Assembly (NCBI GenBank): GCA_951406725.2
Contig: OX597820.1
Span: forward strand, 113,336,001 to 113,400,000
Length of the DNA stretch: 64,000 nt
Source of the DNA: Octopus vulgaris
Lineage: Eukaryota
Reading direction: 5' to 3'
The notes below the pieces were generated by a model. The model ran no database searches. It was given only the letters and a program-made list of their open reading frames with translations, and was not told where the DNA came from. How positions within the stretch are numbered: the stretch's first letter is position 1; every line of letters starts with the position of its first letter. A program made the translations under genes and the position numbers. Of this stretch, positions 1 through 10,039 are shown in pieces.

Positions 1-454
1 TTTAGCCCTGGGTCAAACATGAGGAAGTAGATTAATGATCAAAGGTGTTTCACGTATTTTTGAACGTCACCCCTTTTTGTACTTCTGAAACTCCTTTAAA
101 TGCAAAGGGGTTCTTACTCTTCTAATTAAGTCTAAATTTTGCTATTTTTCTCGAGGTAAAGTTTGATTTCAGAGGAGATATGTTGGTAGTTCATTTTACG
201 TGGGCATGTACATGTTCTCTCGTTGGCTCTTTCTGGTGAATTTATCAGAAAACACTGGTGAAAAAGACCGCTGTCTCGATTTCAGATCGAAGCTTCTTTA
301 CGTCACTTAAACCTGTTAAGTTTATTGACAAAATAATGTCATAACTTCCTATCGGTGTCTCTAATAAAGTAGTGTCAGACTTAACAGAGTCTTATTTTTG
401 GATGTTCACACATTCTTATATTTAGATACACAGATGCAGCGTATATTGCAGGTC

Positions 455-610
455 CGGTTATGTAGTTAAGAAGTCATCTTTGCAACCATGTGATTTCGGG
501 TTCGGTCTCACTGGATGGCATATTGGATCAGTGTCTTCAACTATATCCCCGGACTGGCCAATACCTGTGAGTATAGACAGAAACTCAATGCAATCCCGCT
601 GAATGTGTGC

Positions 611-643
<33 letters not shown>

Positions 644-765
644 CGCCTGACAATCAGCATTGCATTTTTTTTACGTTCCCTAACTTAAAAGTACGTCACC
701 CTAATAAAACAGTTCGCTAAAATAAGCACTAGACTTAAGAATAAGTACCGGGATCGATTCATTCG
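455..765 (+). mobile_element. Degenerate SINE family A copy
   Basis: Diverged A/B-box head, GA tract and AATAAGTAC body motifs. Confidence 0.5.
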
Positions 766-1854
766 ATATGCATGTTCATACATGCATTTAGATTCACATA
801 AAAAGAGCGCATATATTTGTATGTTAATATATATAGACAGATACGCAAAGACAAAGCACAAAAGCATTCACACGCACAAGGATAACGATAAAAGCACTTC
901 GACGCATGCGCTGTTAGCTTTCTCTACAAGACTGCGATCTGCAGGGGGGGAGTAAATAATGTTCATTGAAGCCAGAGTAACGCAACAAATGACGCATATG
1001 AAGCTGGTGTTCTTTAGAATAGCAGTTAATTACTATTATGGTTACTCAGAATTGTTATTCGATACAATAGTTTCAATGTCCTTTCTTCTTCGTGGAAGGG
1101 TAGGTGGGGATAAAATAATGTACCAAAGCGATCTTTTCACTAAATTTGAGACCTTGGGGCTTTACAAGAAGTAGACCATTCTTTTAGAAAGTTCATCTTA
1201 GACAAATACAATACAAAGATATAAATATGCGTGTGTGTGTGTGTGTGTGTCTAGCTACTTATATATATAGGCGCAGGAGTGGGTGTGTGGTAAGTAGCTT
1301 GGTAACCTCTGAACTGTTCGGACGTGTTATTTTGCTGCTCCGGTTGCCACGTTGTTTCAACGTGAATTGTTGAACTTTCGACTCGACTGCAGGTAGGAAT
1401 TTTGTATTTTTGCGAGCGAAGTGAAGCTTTATTACTTGCATTAATGTATTTTAGCATTAAATATTTTTTAGCAGATAATAAGGCTCCATTTTGCTCCGGA
1501 TATAATTTTTCTGCCTGTTGTCGGGTGTGAAGAAAATTGTGTTTTTGAGGCGGCGTAGTCCGTCTACAAAAATTATTTTTGAAATTATCGTTGTGTTATC
1601 TACGGATTTACCAAGGATCATTTACCAAGGTGTCGTACCAACCATATACTTGGCCTGGAGTACAATTTTTGGCCTAAAAAGTGAAAAAATTCCTTTGTCT
1701 GAATTTGAACTCTCTTTCTCTGCCTATCATTCATTTGTAAAAAACTTTCTTTGAACTGCCATTTTAATTTTATTTCTTCCCTTCTGTTGCTTTTTTCATT
1801 CTCCTTTCTGTGTCTAATTTATTTTGTAACATTTTGAACTGTTTTTCTTAAGTT

Positions 1855-3063
1855 ATGGCAAGGAATTTTACAGTGTGGGAATTAACACCTCCCAAAAAAT
1901 ATTTGAACGAACTTAAGGAAAAGACAGTTGTGCTGAGGACATATTCGAAGTCTCTCGACACCATAATGGTCTTTCCGAAAGACACAATTATGAACGAGCT
2001 GGCAGACTATATGCCAGCCGTTAAACACATTCAACGGGGAGCCAAATACGCAACGATTTGGTTGCTGTTTGACTCTCCTAAAGCAGCTTGCGATTTCGCA
2101 AGTAAGCCCATTGAGGGCGACGAGATTCTGTTTCTCCCAAGCTATAAGGGGGAAAAATTGCTACGTTTATGGGTCTGCGGCCTGCCGCCCGGCTTTGAGC
2201 CCGAGTGGGTGGAAGATTCCATCCGCCGGGGTCTGAGTGGTGGTAGCGCCAAGATCCTGAACGTAAGAATGCAGCCTGCGGCTAACTGGGAAGGAGGAAA
2301 AGCTACTTTAACTCTGTGGACCCAGTCGGCCAAGAGTCTGGTTTTGCCGGACTTCCTAAAGATGGCCGGTTCCAAGTATCCGGTGATGCTAGAGGGACGC
2401 GCCCCCAAGTGTCACCTGTGCTCGGAGACCGGCCATATTAAGAAGAGCTGCCCCAGGAACCAGAGTAGGATCCTGGAGAAGTTAATATTAGAGCCTCTCC
2501 CTGCCTCACCAATGGAGGGAGAGAAACAAAGCGAGGAGGGGGAAAAACCCTCCGCCAAAAGAAAAAGAAGAGTGGGAAGCAATGGCGACTCACAAAAGGA
2601 CCCGAAAGCTCCGGGAGAGGAGAACCTGGTGCGCACAGCTCCGGAACCTCAGCCTCCCGTGGCCCAGGGCCAAAAGAAAAGAAAAAAGAAGAGAAACGGA
2701 GCCCCGCCGGCGGATTGCTACACGCAGACGGCGGTTCCCGAGTATCCCGGATCCTCTCAGGCGGGTGTGCTGCCTGAGGGACTATTTGTAGAAAATTTTG
2801 TGCTCCTCTTTTTCAAGGGAAAAAAGGTGGAAGACGCCGTAAGAAAAGTGCGAAAGAGAGGACATTGGGAGGTAATCCGGTCTTGTGTGGAAGGCCCCGA
2901 GTGGCCTTCGCAGTTAGCTGCGGGGGTCGTGGGAAGGGCTGATCTACACAGGATCGTGAGTTCCTGCCCGGCGGACTCTTTCCAGACTGTACCACTGGAC
3001 TCCGGCCTGACCAGCGAGTATTGCCTCAATGAGGCAAGAGCATTGGTCGGCCGGGTCACTTAG
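1855..3063 (+). CDS. 402-aa LINE ORF1/Gag-like nucleic-acid-binding protein (Tx1/L1-type ORF1-like)
   Basis: Intact GC-rich ORF. CX2CX4HX4C knuckle CHLCSETGHIKKSC preceded by EGRAPK and a WVCGLPP motif; basic NLS-like runs (KRKRR, KKRKKKR); colinear paralog at 4051-5268. Confidence 0.85.
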   Translation: MARNFTVWELTPPKKYLNELKEKTVVLRTYSKSLDTIMVFPKDTIMNELADYMPAVKHIQRGAKYATIWLLFDSPKAACDFASKPIEGDEILFLPSYKGEKLLRLWVCGLPPGFEPEWVEDSIRRGLSGGSAKILNVRMQPAANWEGGKATLTLWTQSAKSLVLPDFLKMAGSKYPVMLEGRAPKCHLCSETGHIKKSCPRNQSRILEKLILEPLPASPMEGEKQSEEGEKPSAKRKRRVGSNGDSQKDPKAPGEENLVRTAPEPQPPVAQGQKKRKKKRNGAPPADCYTQTAVPEYPGSSQAGVLPEGLFVENFVLLFFKGKKVEDAVRKVRKRGHWEVIRSCVEGPEWPSQLAAGVVGRADLHRIVSSCPADSFQTVPLDSGLTSEYCLNEARALVGRVT

Positions 3064-3199
3064 GCAATGTAACATCCCTGTAACATATGGAAGAGGAGGT
3101 TCATTGCCTCCTCTAAAACATGTAATGTGAACATTTTGTAATTTTTGGAAATTGTTTGAATTTTTTGAAATTTTTGAACTCTGTAAAACTATTGAAAAA

Positions 3200-3334
3200 A
3201 AAGAACATTGTTTTAGAGAAGCAAAAGTCGGCGGGCGCTTTCTGACTTCTCCCATCACCATCGTCATCCACCACCACCATCATCCATTAATGTCCTTGTC
3301 CAGCCCGCAGCTACTCTGTGCTGCCCTAGTGGCA
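3200..3334 (+). other. Conserved 3' RNA structure (stem-loop, pseudoknot, terminal hairpin) of copy A
   Basis: GAGAAG(3216-21)/CTTCTC(3246-51) stem; loop GCGGGC(3231-36) complementary to GCCCGC(3303-08); TGCC-N5-GGCA hairpin. The same motif recurs at 5404-5550. Confidence 0.65.
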
Positions 3335-4050
3335 AATTATATAAAATAAAGTAGCTTGGTAACCAGACATGCGCAGTTAGTCGGTTGCTTCTTGTTGAGC
3401 TAGAGTGGACGTGAGTCCAACTAAAGAAAAAAGACCAAAAACGGAAAGTTGTCGAGGTAAGTGATTTTGTTTATTGTGAGTTGGGCATAATTTATTGCGT
3501 GCCAATTATTATTTCAGTAGGTTGTGTCCAACTCTGAGACAATTTCGCCTGCGCTAGGCGGCTGCCGTTTTTGTGTTCATTGAAAAAAAAAAAAAAAAGA
3601 AAAAACAGTGGAGGGGCGTATACTCAGGATTCAATACAGTTACTGTTAAAATTACCGTTGGCAGTAACCAGTGCTGTGTTTGAGTTTGCTGAATTTATTC
3701 CCTTGTCAGAGTACTTCGCAAGAAAAGTATAAAAATAAGCCACTATTGGATTACCTTTCGGACCCATTTTTGTGGAGGTTGTGTTGCAGTTGCGGCGTTC
3801 CAGGTTCAACCCAAGCCGGGAGTACCGCAGAATATTTTTGCTGTGTTTTTTCTGTTTATTAACTTTCTTTTGAACTTCATTTACCCCCCCCCCCCTTTTG
3901 TTTTTTCTTTATTGCGACTTTCCGTTAATTTCTTCCCTTCTGTTGTGCTTTCTCCTATTTGTTTTTTCAAAAATCTATCAAATTTATTTAGACTTTGGAA
4001 CTTTTTTCTTCCTGCTTTTGAGTCTAATTTGAATATATTTTTTAAAAAAC

Positions 4051-5268
4051 ATGGCAATGAAAAATAACAAAGTTTTGGAGTGGGAAATCATACCACCCAA
4101 AAAGTGGTTGAAGGACCGTGAAGATAGGACGGTGGTGTTGAGAACCTACTCCAAGGCACTTGACACCATCGCCCTATTCGAAAAGACGGCAATTGAGGAG
4201 GAGTTGGAGGAGTATTTGCCAACAATTAAATTCATTTCCAGGGGTGTCAAATATGGAACGGTGTGGTTGCTGTTTGACACCCCTGAAGAGGCTTGCAAAT
4301 TTGCTAGCGAACCCTTGGAGGGTAAGGAAATCTTATTCCTGCCCACTTACAAAAAAAGAAATTAATGAAAGCTTGGATCTGCGGACTGCCACCCGACATA
4401 GAACCCGAGTGGATAGAGGAGACTATCCGCCGGGGTCTGGGTGACAGCGAAACTAAGCTCCTCAATGTAAAAGTTCTTCCTGCGGCTGCTTGGGTTGGCT
4501 CGAAAGCAGTTTTGACCCTGTGGACCCAATCAGCCAATCTGGTTTTTCCAGATTTTTTGAAAATGGCCGGGTGCAGGTACCCGGTGATGCTTGAGGGTCG
4601 CCCCCCTAAGTGTCATCGGTGCTTGGAGTCCGGCCACATAAAGAAGAACTGTCCTCGGGAACAAAATAGGATCCCGGAACAGTTAAGTAAAACCCCTCTA
4701 GAAGAGGGAACGATAACGGCCGAGAAAGCAGAGGACTCCTCAAGCAGAGGCCGAAAGAGGAAGGTGAGCAACAATGGATGCTCACCAAAGGATAATAGGG
4801 ATGAGGAGAGGAGGGCGAATCTTCCAGCCACGGAGGAGACGCACCCTCCCTCAGTTAAAAAGGGGAAAAAAAAGAAAAACGGGACGTGTGGCACCGGAAT
4901 GTCGCGGAACTACGTCGGTTGGGGTTGTGCCACCGACAAGAGAAGGAATACCGTTGGTGGAAACTGTGCCGCCAACGAAAGAACTGAATGTATTGGTCCT
5001 CTTCTATAGAGGAGGAGAAATTGAAAAAGTGATGGAAGAGCACTACAAGGGAGCACCTTTAGCCTTCACACAGGACCCCGAATGGCCTCCGCAGGTAGCT
5101 GTGGAGGCCGTGGCGTTCGACGTGACGCTAGGGCTAAAGGAGCTCAATGAAGACTATAACTTGGTCCCGGGCGACGCGAACTCGGAACTTGACTACGTTC
5201 TGAGGGAGGCGTGGTTGATGGTGGAGGGCGCGGGCACAAGCTATTTCGAGGACGATATGTATTATTAG
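4051..5268 (+). pseudogene. ORF1-like zinc-knuckle protein (~405 aa when repaired) with two compensating frameshifts in A-runs
   Basis: ORFs 4051-4365, 4365-5009 and 4774-5268 align successively to the 402-aa protein (TVVLRTYSK, LTLWTQSA, PDFLKMAG, CHRCLESGHIKKNC, PEWP). Shifts fall at A7 (4351-4357) and the A-rich run ~4857-4879. Confidence 0.8.
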
Positions 5269-5403
5269 TATGGACTTAAGTCCAAAAATTGAAAAATTGT
5301 AAGAGGATTAATACCTCGTTTTGTATTAATAATGGACTGCTAAGCCCAAAATTGGAAAAATTGTAAGAGGTTTAATACCTCGTTTTGTGTTAATCTTTTT
5401 TAA

Positions 5404-5550
5404 AAAGAACAATGTTTTAGAGAAGCAAAAGTCGGCGGGCGCTTTCTGTCTTCTCCCATCCTTATCATCTTTCTTTCATTATCATTCACCTCATTAATGT
5501 CCTCGTCCAGCCCGCAAAGCTAACTTAATCTGTGTACTGCCTTTATGGCA
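5404..5550 (+). other. Conserved 3' RNA structure of copy B
   Basis: 57-nt block with 2 differences from 3200-3256; GCGGGC(5435-40)/GCCCGC(5510-15); TGCC-TTTAT-GGCA hairpin. Confidence 0.65.
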
Positions 5551-5731
5551 AATGTTTTGAAATAAAGTAGCTTGGTAACCAACCACATGGTTCCAGGTTC
5601 AGTCCTACTACGTGGCACTTTGGGCAAATGTCTTCTTCTATAGCCTCGGACCGACCAAAGCCTTGTGAGTGGATTTGGTAGATGGAAACCGAAAGAAGCC
5701 CGTCGTATATATGTTGTATATGTATATATAA

Positions 5732-5773
<42 letters not shown>

Positions 5774-5980
5774 TTGTGTGTCTGTGTTTGTCTCCCAACA
5801 TCGCTTGATAACCGATGTTGGTGTGTTTACGTCCCCGTAACTTAGTGGTTCGGCAAAAGAGACCGATAGAATAAGTACTAGACTTACAAAGAATAAGTCC
5901 TAGGGTCCATTTGCTCGACTAAAGGCGTTGCTCCAGCATGGCTGCAGTGAAATGACTAAAACAAGTAAACGAGCAAAAGA

Positions 5981-6020
<40 letters not shown>

Positions 6021-6023
<3 letters not shown>

Positions 6024-6222
6024 GGAGTAAACACATAAATGTGAAACAAGGTGGAAAAAAGAGTACTCAAATACCAGAGGTAGAGTAATATGCTTTATTT
6101 AAAAGCAGCAGAAATTCAACAAAACCTGTTACTCGGAGTTTTATTAACAAAACTGCCCGACGAACGGGAACGTGAAACTCCGAGTAACAGGTTTTGTTGA
6201 ATTTCTGCTGCTTTTAAATAAA

Positions 6223-6225
<3 letters not shown>
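6021..6225. mobile_element. Penelope-like pLTR remnant: inverted repeat with minimal hammerhead
   Basis: Arms ~6090-6141/6175-6225; core CCGACGA-ACG..CGT-GAAAC-TCCGA-GTA; (TA)n on both sides. Confidence 0.6.
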
Positions 6226-6272
<47 letters not shown>

Positions 6273-6678
6273 CTATAGAGGTTATGAGAGGTGTCAATAA
6301 AACTCCTGTATATACAGGGGTGATAATTCATACAGATATATGTATATGCTTGTGTACATATACATAAGAGTACGTGTTGTATATGTAGGTGTTGATATGT
6401 ATAAATATCTATATACCTGTTTAATATATGCATGTATACATCTTCACATATATATTCTTCTACTACTAAGCACTGACCTGTCCTCTAACCAACCTGACCT
6501 ATATTTCCAAATTCTTCATTCCACCATTTTACTACCCCTATCCCCTCTCTCTGCTCCTCACTCAGACTCTATCACTACACATTTAATATCCCTACATATC
6601 TCACGTCTATTTTCATTCCTCCACTCTCTATTTCATATCTTATCTAGAATAACTATTGCATAACCATTTTCTCACACC

Positions 6679-6726
6679 GTCTCCGATGAAGGTATATATA
6701 AAATATCTCGGAAACATCTGTAAGAC
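6679..6726 (+). ncRNA. Minimal type I hammerhead ribozyme-like motif
   Basis: GTCT-CCGATGA...GAAAC-ATCT-GTA-AGAC; stem I GTCT/AGAC; lies in a (TA)n-bounded segment. Confidence 0.55.
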
Positions 6727-7012
6727 CTTCTATCTTTAAACGTTCTAAAATCTTTCACCTCCTTGGATTTTTATCTCATTCTGAAAATTTATATATATAT
6801 ATATATATATAGCTATATAAGTTAACAAACAAAGGGCTGTGTAGAACACCCAATTCACTGATACGCTGGTTGAATACCACTTAAATATAGGTATAATGTA
6901 AATTACAAACAATAAATCAAATAGAGAGATACAAAATACAATCCAATAATTTATTTATATTATAATATAACATAAAATACTAAGAATATAATATAATAGA
7001 TATTAAATTATA

Positions 7013-7411
7013 TCCTTTTGTACTCTAGGCACAAGGCCCGAAATTTTGGGGGAGGAGTCCAGTCGATTAGATCGATCCTGGGACGCAACTGGTACTTAAT
7101 TTATCGACCACGAAATGATGAAAGGGAAAGTCGACCTCGGCGGAATTTGAACTCAGAACATAAAGAGAGGCGAAATACCTATTTCTGTACTACCCACAAG
7201 GGGCTAAACACAGAGGGGACAAACAAGGACAGACAAACGGATTAAGTCGATTATATCGACCCCAGTGCGTAACTGATACTTAATTTATCGACCCCGAAAG
7301 GATGAAAGGCAAAGTCGACCTCGGCGGAATTTGAACTCAGAACGTAGCGGAAGACGAAATACCGCTCAGCATTTCGCCCGGTTTGCTAACGTCTCTGCCA
7401 GCTCGCCGCCT
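7013..7411 (-). mobile_element. SINE family B (GGCGGCGAGCTGGCAGA head), dimeric
   Basis: Reverse complement of 25332-25730; duplicated TTCAAATTCCGCCGAGGTCGACTTTGCCTTTCATCC unit. Confidence 0.85.
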
Positions 7412-8171
7412 TGGTTATATGTTATATTCATAATTATTGGATTGTCATTTGTATCTCTCTATTTATATATATATATATATAAAACTAAATTGTCCTTCAT
7501 ACTGCTAAGAAGGGATAAATATCTCTCTATGATTCATCCACTGATGCACCTGAGGAAATAAATTAATGATGATGATGGAACGGATGCCCACGGATAACAC
7601 GGACTATACTGTAATAATCCGAAGGATACTGGCTCTGATTCTAAAATCATGTGATTTGTGGAAACGCGTAGCTATGTATTAAATATTTATAAATTCCATT
7701 CTAGAATCATTATTTTTATTATATTTATTCTACATTATATCGGTATAACCATGATGCAACACCGAAAAAACTGACTTGCTAGTCCGTATCATTAGACGGT
7801 GGCCAGCATAATGAAGTGGGAGCTTTATTTACATACCCCTAACGTTACCATAAAGGAATTTAAAAGATATATATGTGTGTGTATGTGTGTGTGCGTGTGT
7901 GTGTATGAATGTATTTATATTTGCATATTTATGTACATGTAAAACTGAATCAAATATCTTCCTGAATCATAGGTTCATAAGCGGATGTTCGCGGATGTTC
8001 CGGATTCTAAGGCGTAAATGTCCTCCGATGGTTGGGACGCCGGTTCGTAGCAGGATGACTCAATGTAGCCAGCTGAGTGAACTGGAGCAAGATGAAATGG
8101 AGTGTTTTGCTCAAGAACACAAAACATTGCCCGGTCCCAGAGTTGATACCACAGTCTTGTGACCATCAGTG

Positions 8172-8208
<37 letters not shown>

Positions 8209-8211
<3 letters not shown>

Positions 8212-8985
8212 GGTACGGTGAATATATTGTCGTCTAAATTACGCAAAAATCATTTTAACAGATATATTTATCAAAATTGCATTAAAATATCTTGAAATAC
8301 TAAAGAATATCTTCATTCAATAAAATTGCCATTGGCTTCAGCCACGGCCTCTAGACGACTTCGGAATCTCCTGCAACTCTTTCGGTCGGTCTCATTGTTT
8401 AAATTGGTAAATGCTGCCATAATCCTTGCCTTCAGTTCATTTGTTGGTCTCTCACTCAAATGCGCACCACAAATAATAAGTGGGTTGCAGTCTGGATTCT
8501 CTTGCTTGTGTGGCATGGTGCAGTCCTGTTGCCAGACATAGGGCCTTCCATCAGTCACTCTTGAACCAGGGCAGTGCTGCCTCCTCCAGGCATTTGCTGT
8601 AGGCCTCCGTGTTGAGTCAGAGACCGTGTGGTGAGATGAATCGAGGTATAACGTCGCCATCACTAGTGATCATTCCAAACACCATGACATTGACTGGATG
8701 TTTGATTTTTATCACTCTCGTTTACATGTTTTGGTGGCACGGCAAGCCAAAGGTTGTTTGGTGTCTTCACCACCTGTTTGACTGGAGCTTCCGACGCGAA
8801 TGCCAAACAGAACAACGGCTTGTTTCCAAATTTCTGACAGAGGGAATTCCGTCATGGTGCAGTTTTTCTCATAAACGGTGTCCAACTGACCCTACTATAC
8901 TGTGTAGTCGACAAAATCAAAAACAAACAATGAGTATGCGCGAAATTAAAAATATAACATGGCGACAATTTACCCATCGCATCTG
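8209..8985 (-). mobile_element. Deleted Tc1/mariner-superfamily (maT/DD37D-like) transposon
   Basis: Imperfect TIRs CAG..ATTGTCG in (TA)n. Minus-strand remnants VMVFGMITSDG, RPYVWQQD, PDCNPL and RFRSRLEAVAEANGNFIE. Confidence 0.75.
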
Positions 8986-9499
8986 TATATATATATATAC
9001 GACGGTCTTCTTTCACACTCCATTTAGCAAACCCACTCACAAGGCTTTCATTATCCCGAAGCTATAGTAGAAACCAACTGTCCAATGTGCCACATGGTGG
9101 GGTTGAACTCATATATTTGGGAAGCAAACTTCTTTCCACACAGCACGCCAGCTGCTATATGCTCATATAGATGCATTATGTGTGTGCTCTTGTGAATGTG
9201 TGTATGTGTGCTTGAGTGAATGTGTGTGTGTGTGTAAAAAGATATGTACATAAATAACTAATAGGATACACATAAAATATTTACTGGTACAATGAGGTGT
9301 CTATTGACTCATAATATGTTCTCGCACCTTTGAACGTGGATCTCTGATCGCAGTTGTTTTGTTTCGTTTTTTTGGGGTTTTTTTGTCATCAGAGAACACC
9401 TTTCATTTTAGACGATATGTGTTTCGATCTCGTTATGTCACTCCTCAATCTGAGCTGCCCTGGCCCGATCGAATCGATACATTTACTCATACTCATTTA

Positions 9500-9905
9500 C
9501 TCATTTACTCATTTACTGGTTTCAGTCATTTGACTGCGGCCATGCTGGAGCACCGCCTTTGATCGAGCAAATCGACCCCGGGACTTATTCTTTTGTAAGC
9601 CCAGTACTTATTTTATCGGTCTCTTTTGCCGAACCGCTAAGTAACGGGGACATAAGCACACCAGCATCGGTTGTCAAGCAATGCTAGGGGGACAAATACA
9701 GACACACAAACACACACACGCATATATATATACATATATACGACAGGCTTCTTTCAGTTTCCGTCTACCAAATCCACTCACAAGGCTTTGGTCGGCCCGA
9801 GGCTATAGTAGAAGACACTTGCCCAAGGTGCCACGCAGTGGGACTGAACCCGGAACCATATGGTTGGTAAACAAGCTACTTACCACACAGCCACTCCTGC
9901 GCCTA
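9500..9905 (-). mobile_element. SINE family A, full length
   Basis: Reverse complement of GGCGCAGGAGTGGCTGTGTGGTAAGTAGC...CAGTCAAATGACTGAAAC with a GAGTAAAT tail. Confidence 0.9.
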
Positions 9906-10039
9906 TATTTGCAAATAAAACAACACAAATATGTATAAACATTTTTTCTAATTCTAATTATATGGCATTTTAAAATAAGTGTATTGTTTTCCCCTATTTC
10001 TACTATTTTTACGAATAATTTTGAACATTATTATTTTAA

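Larger units (their letters stand above)
1308..3348 (+). mobile_element. ORF1-only (non-autonomous) non-LTR retroelement, copy A, inserted in a tRNA-SINE
   Basis: Flanked by the direct repeat AAGTAGCTTGGTAACC (1292-1307 and 3349-3364). Has a ~550-nt 5' UTR, one intact zinc-knuckle ORF and a structured 3' UTR ending in AATAAA. No RT/EN ORF. Confidence 0.85.
3365..5564 (+). mobile_element. ORF1-only non-LTR retroelement, copy B (diverged relative of copy A), at the same target site
   Basis: Flanked by AAGTAGCTTGGTAACC at 3349-3364 and 5565-5580. Same architecture and 3' structured motif as copy A; ends GAAATAAA. Confidence 0.85.
1269..5982 (+). mobile_element. tRNA-derived SINE (family A), split by the two ORF1-only elements
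   Basis: 1269-1307 (GGCGCAGGAGTGGGTGTGTGGTAAGTAGCTTGGTAACC) joins seamlessly to 5581-5982 (AACCACATGGTTCCAGGTTCAGTCC...GAGCAAAAGAGT). This matches uninterrupted copies at 18668, 32663 and 49627. Confidence 0.92.

Noticed and set aside
4348-4360. Programmed -1 frameshift at AAAAAAAG
   Set aside because: The heptamer is not in the canonical frame, and the paralog is continuous here; an indel is simpler.
1292-5580. LTR retrotransposon or simple tandem gene duplication as an explanation of the zinc-knuckle pair
   Set aside because: No LTRs, PBS, protease or pol. The only exact repeats are the 16-bp target copies, and the units are too diverged to have duplicated inside a near-consensus SINE.
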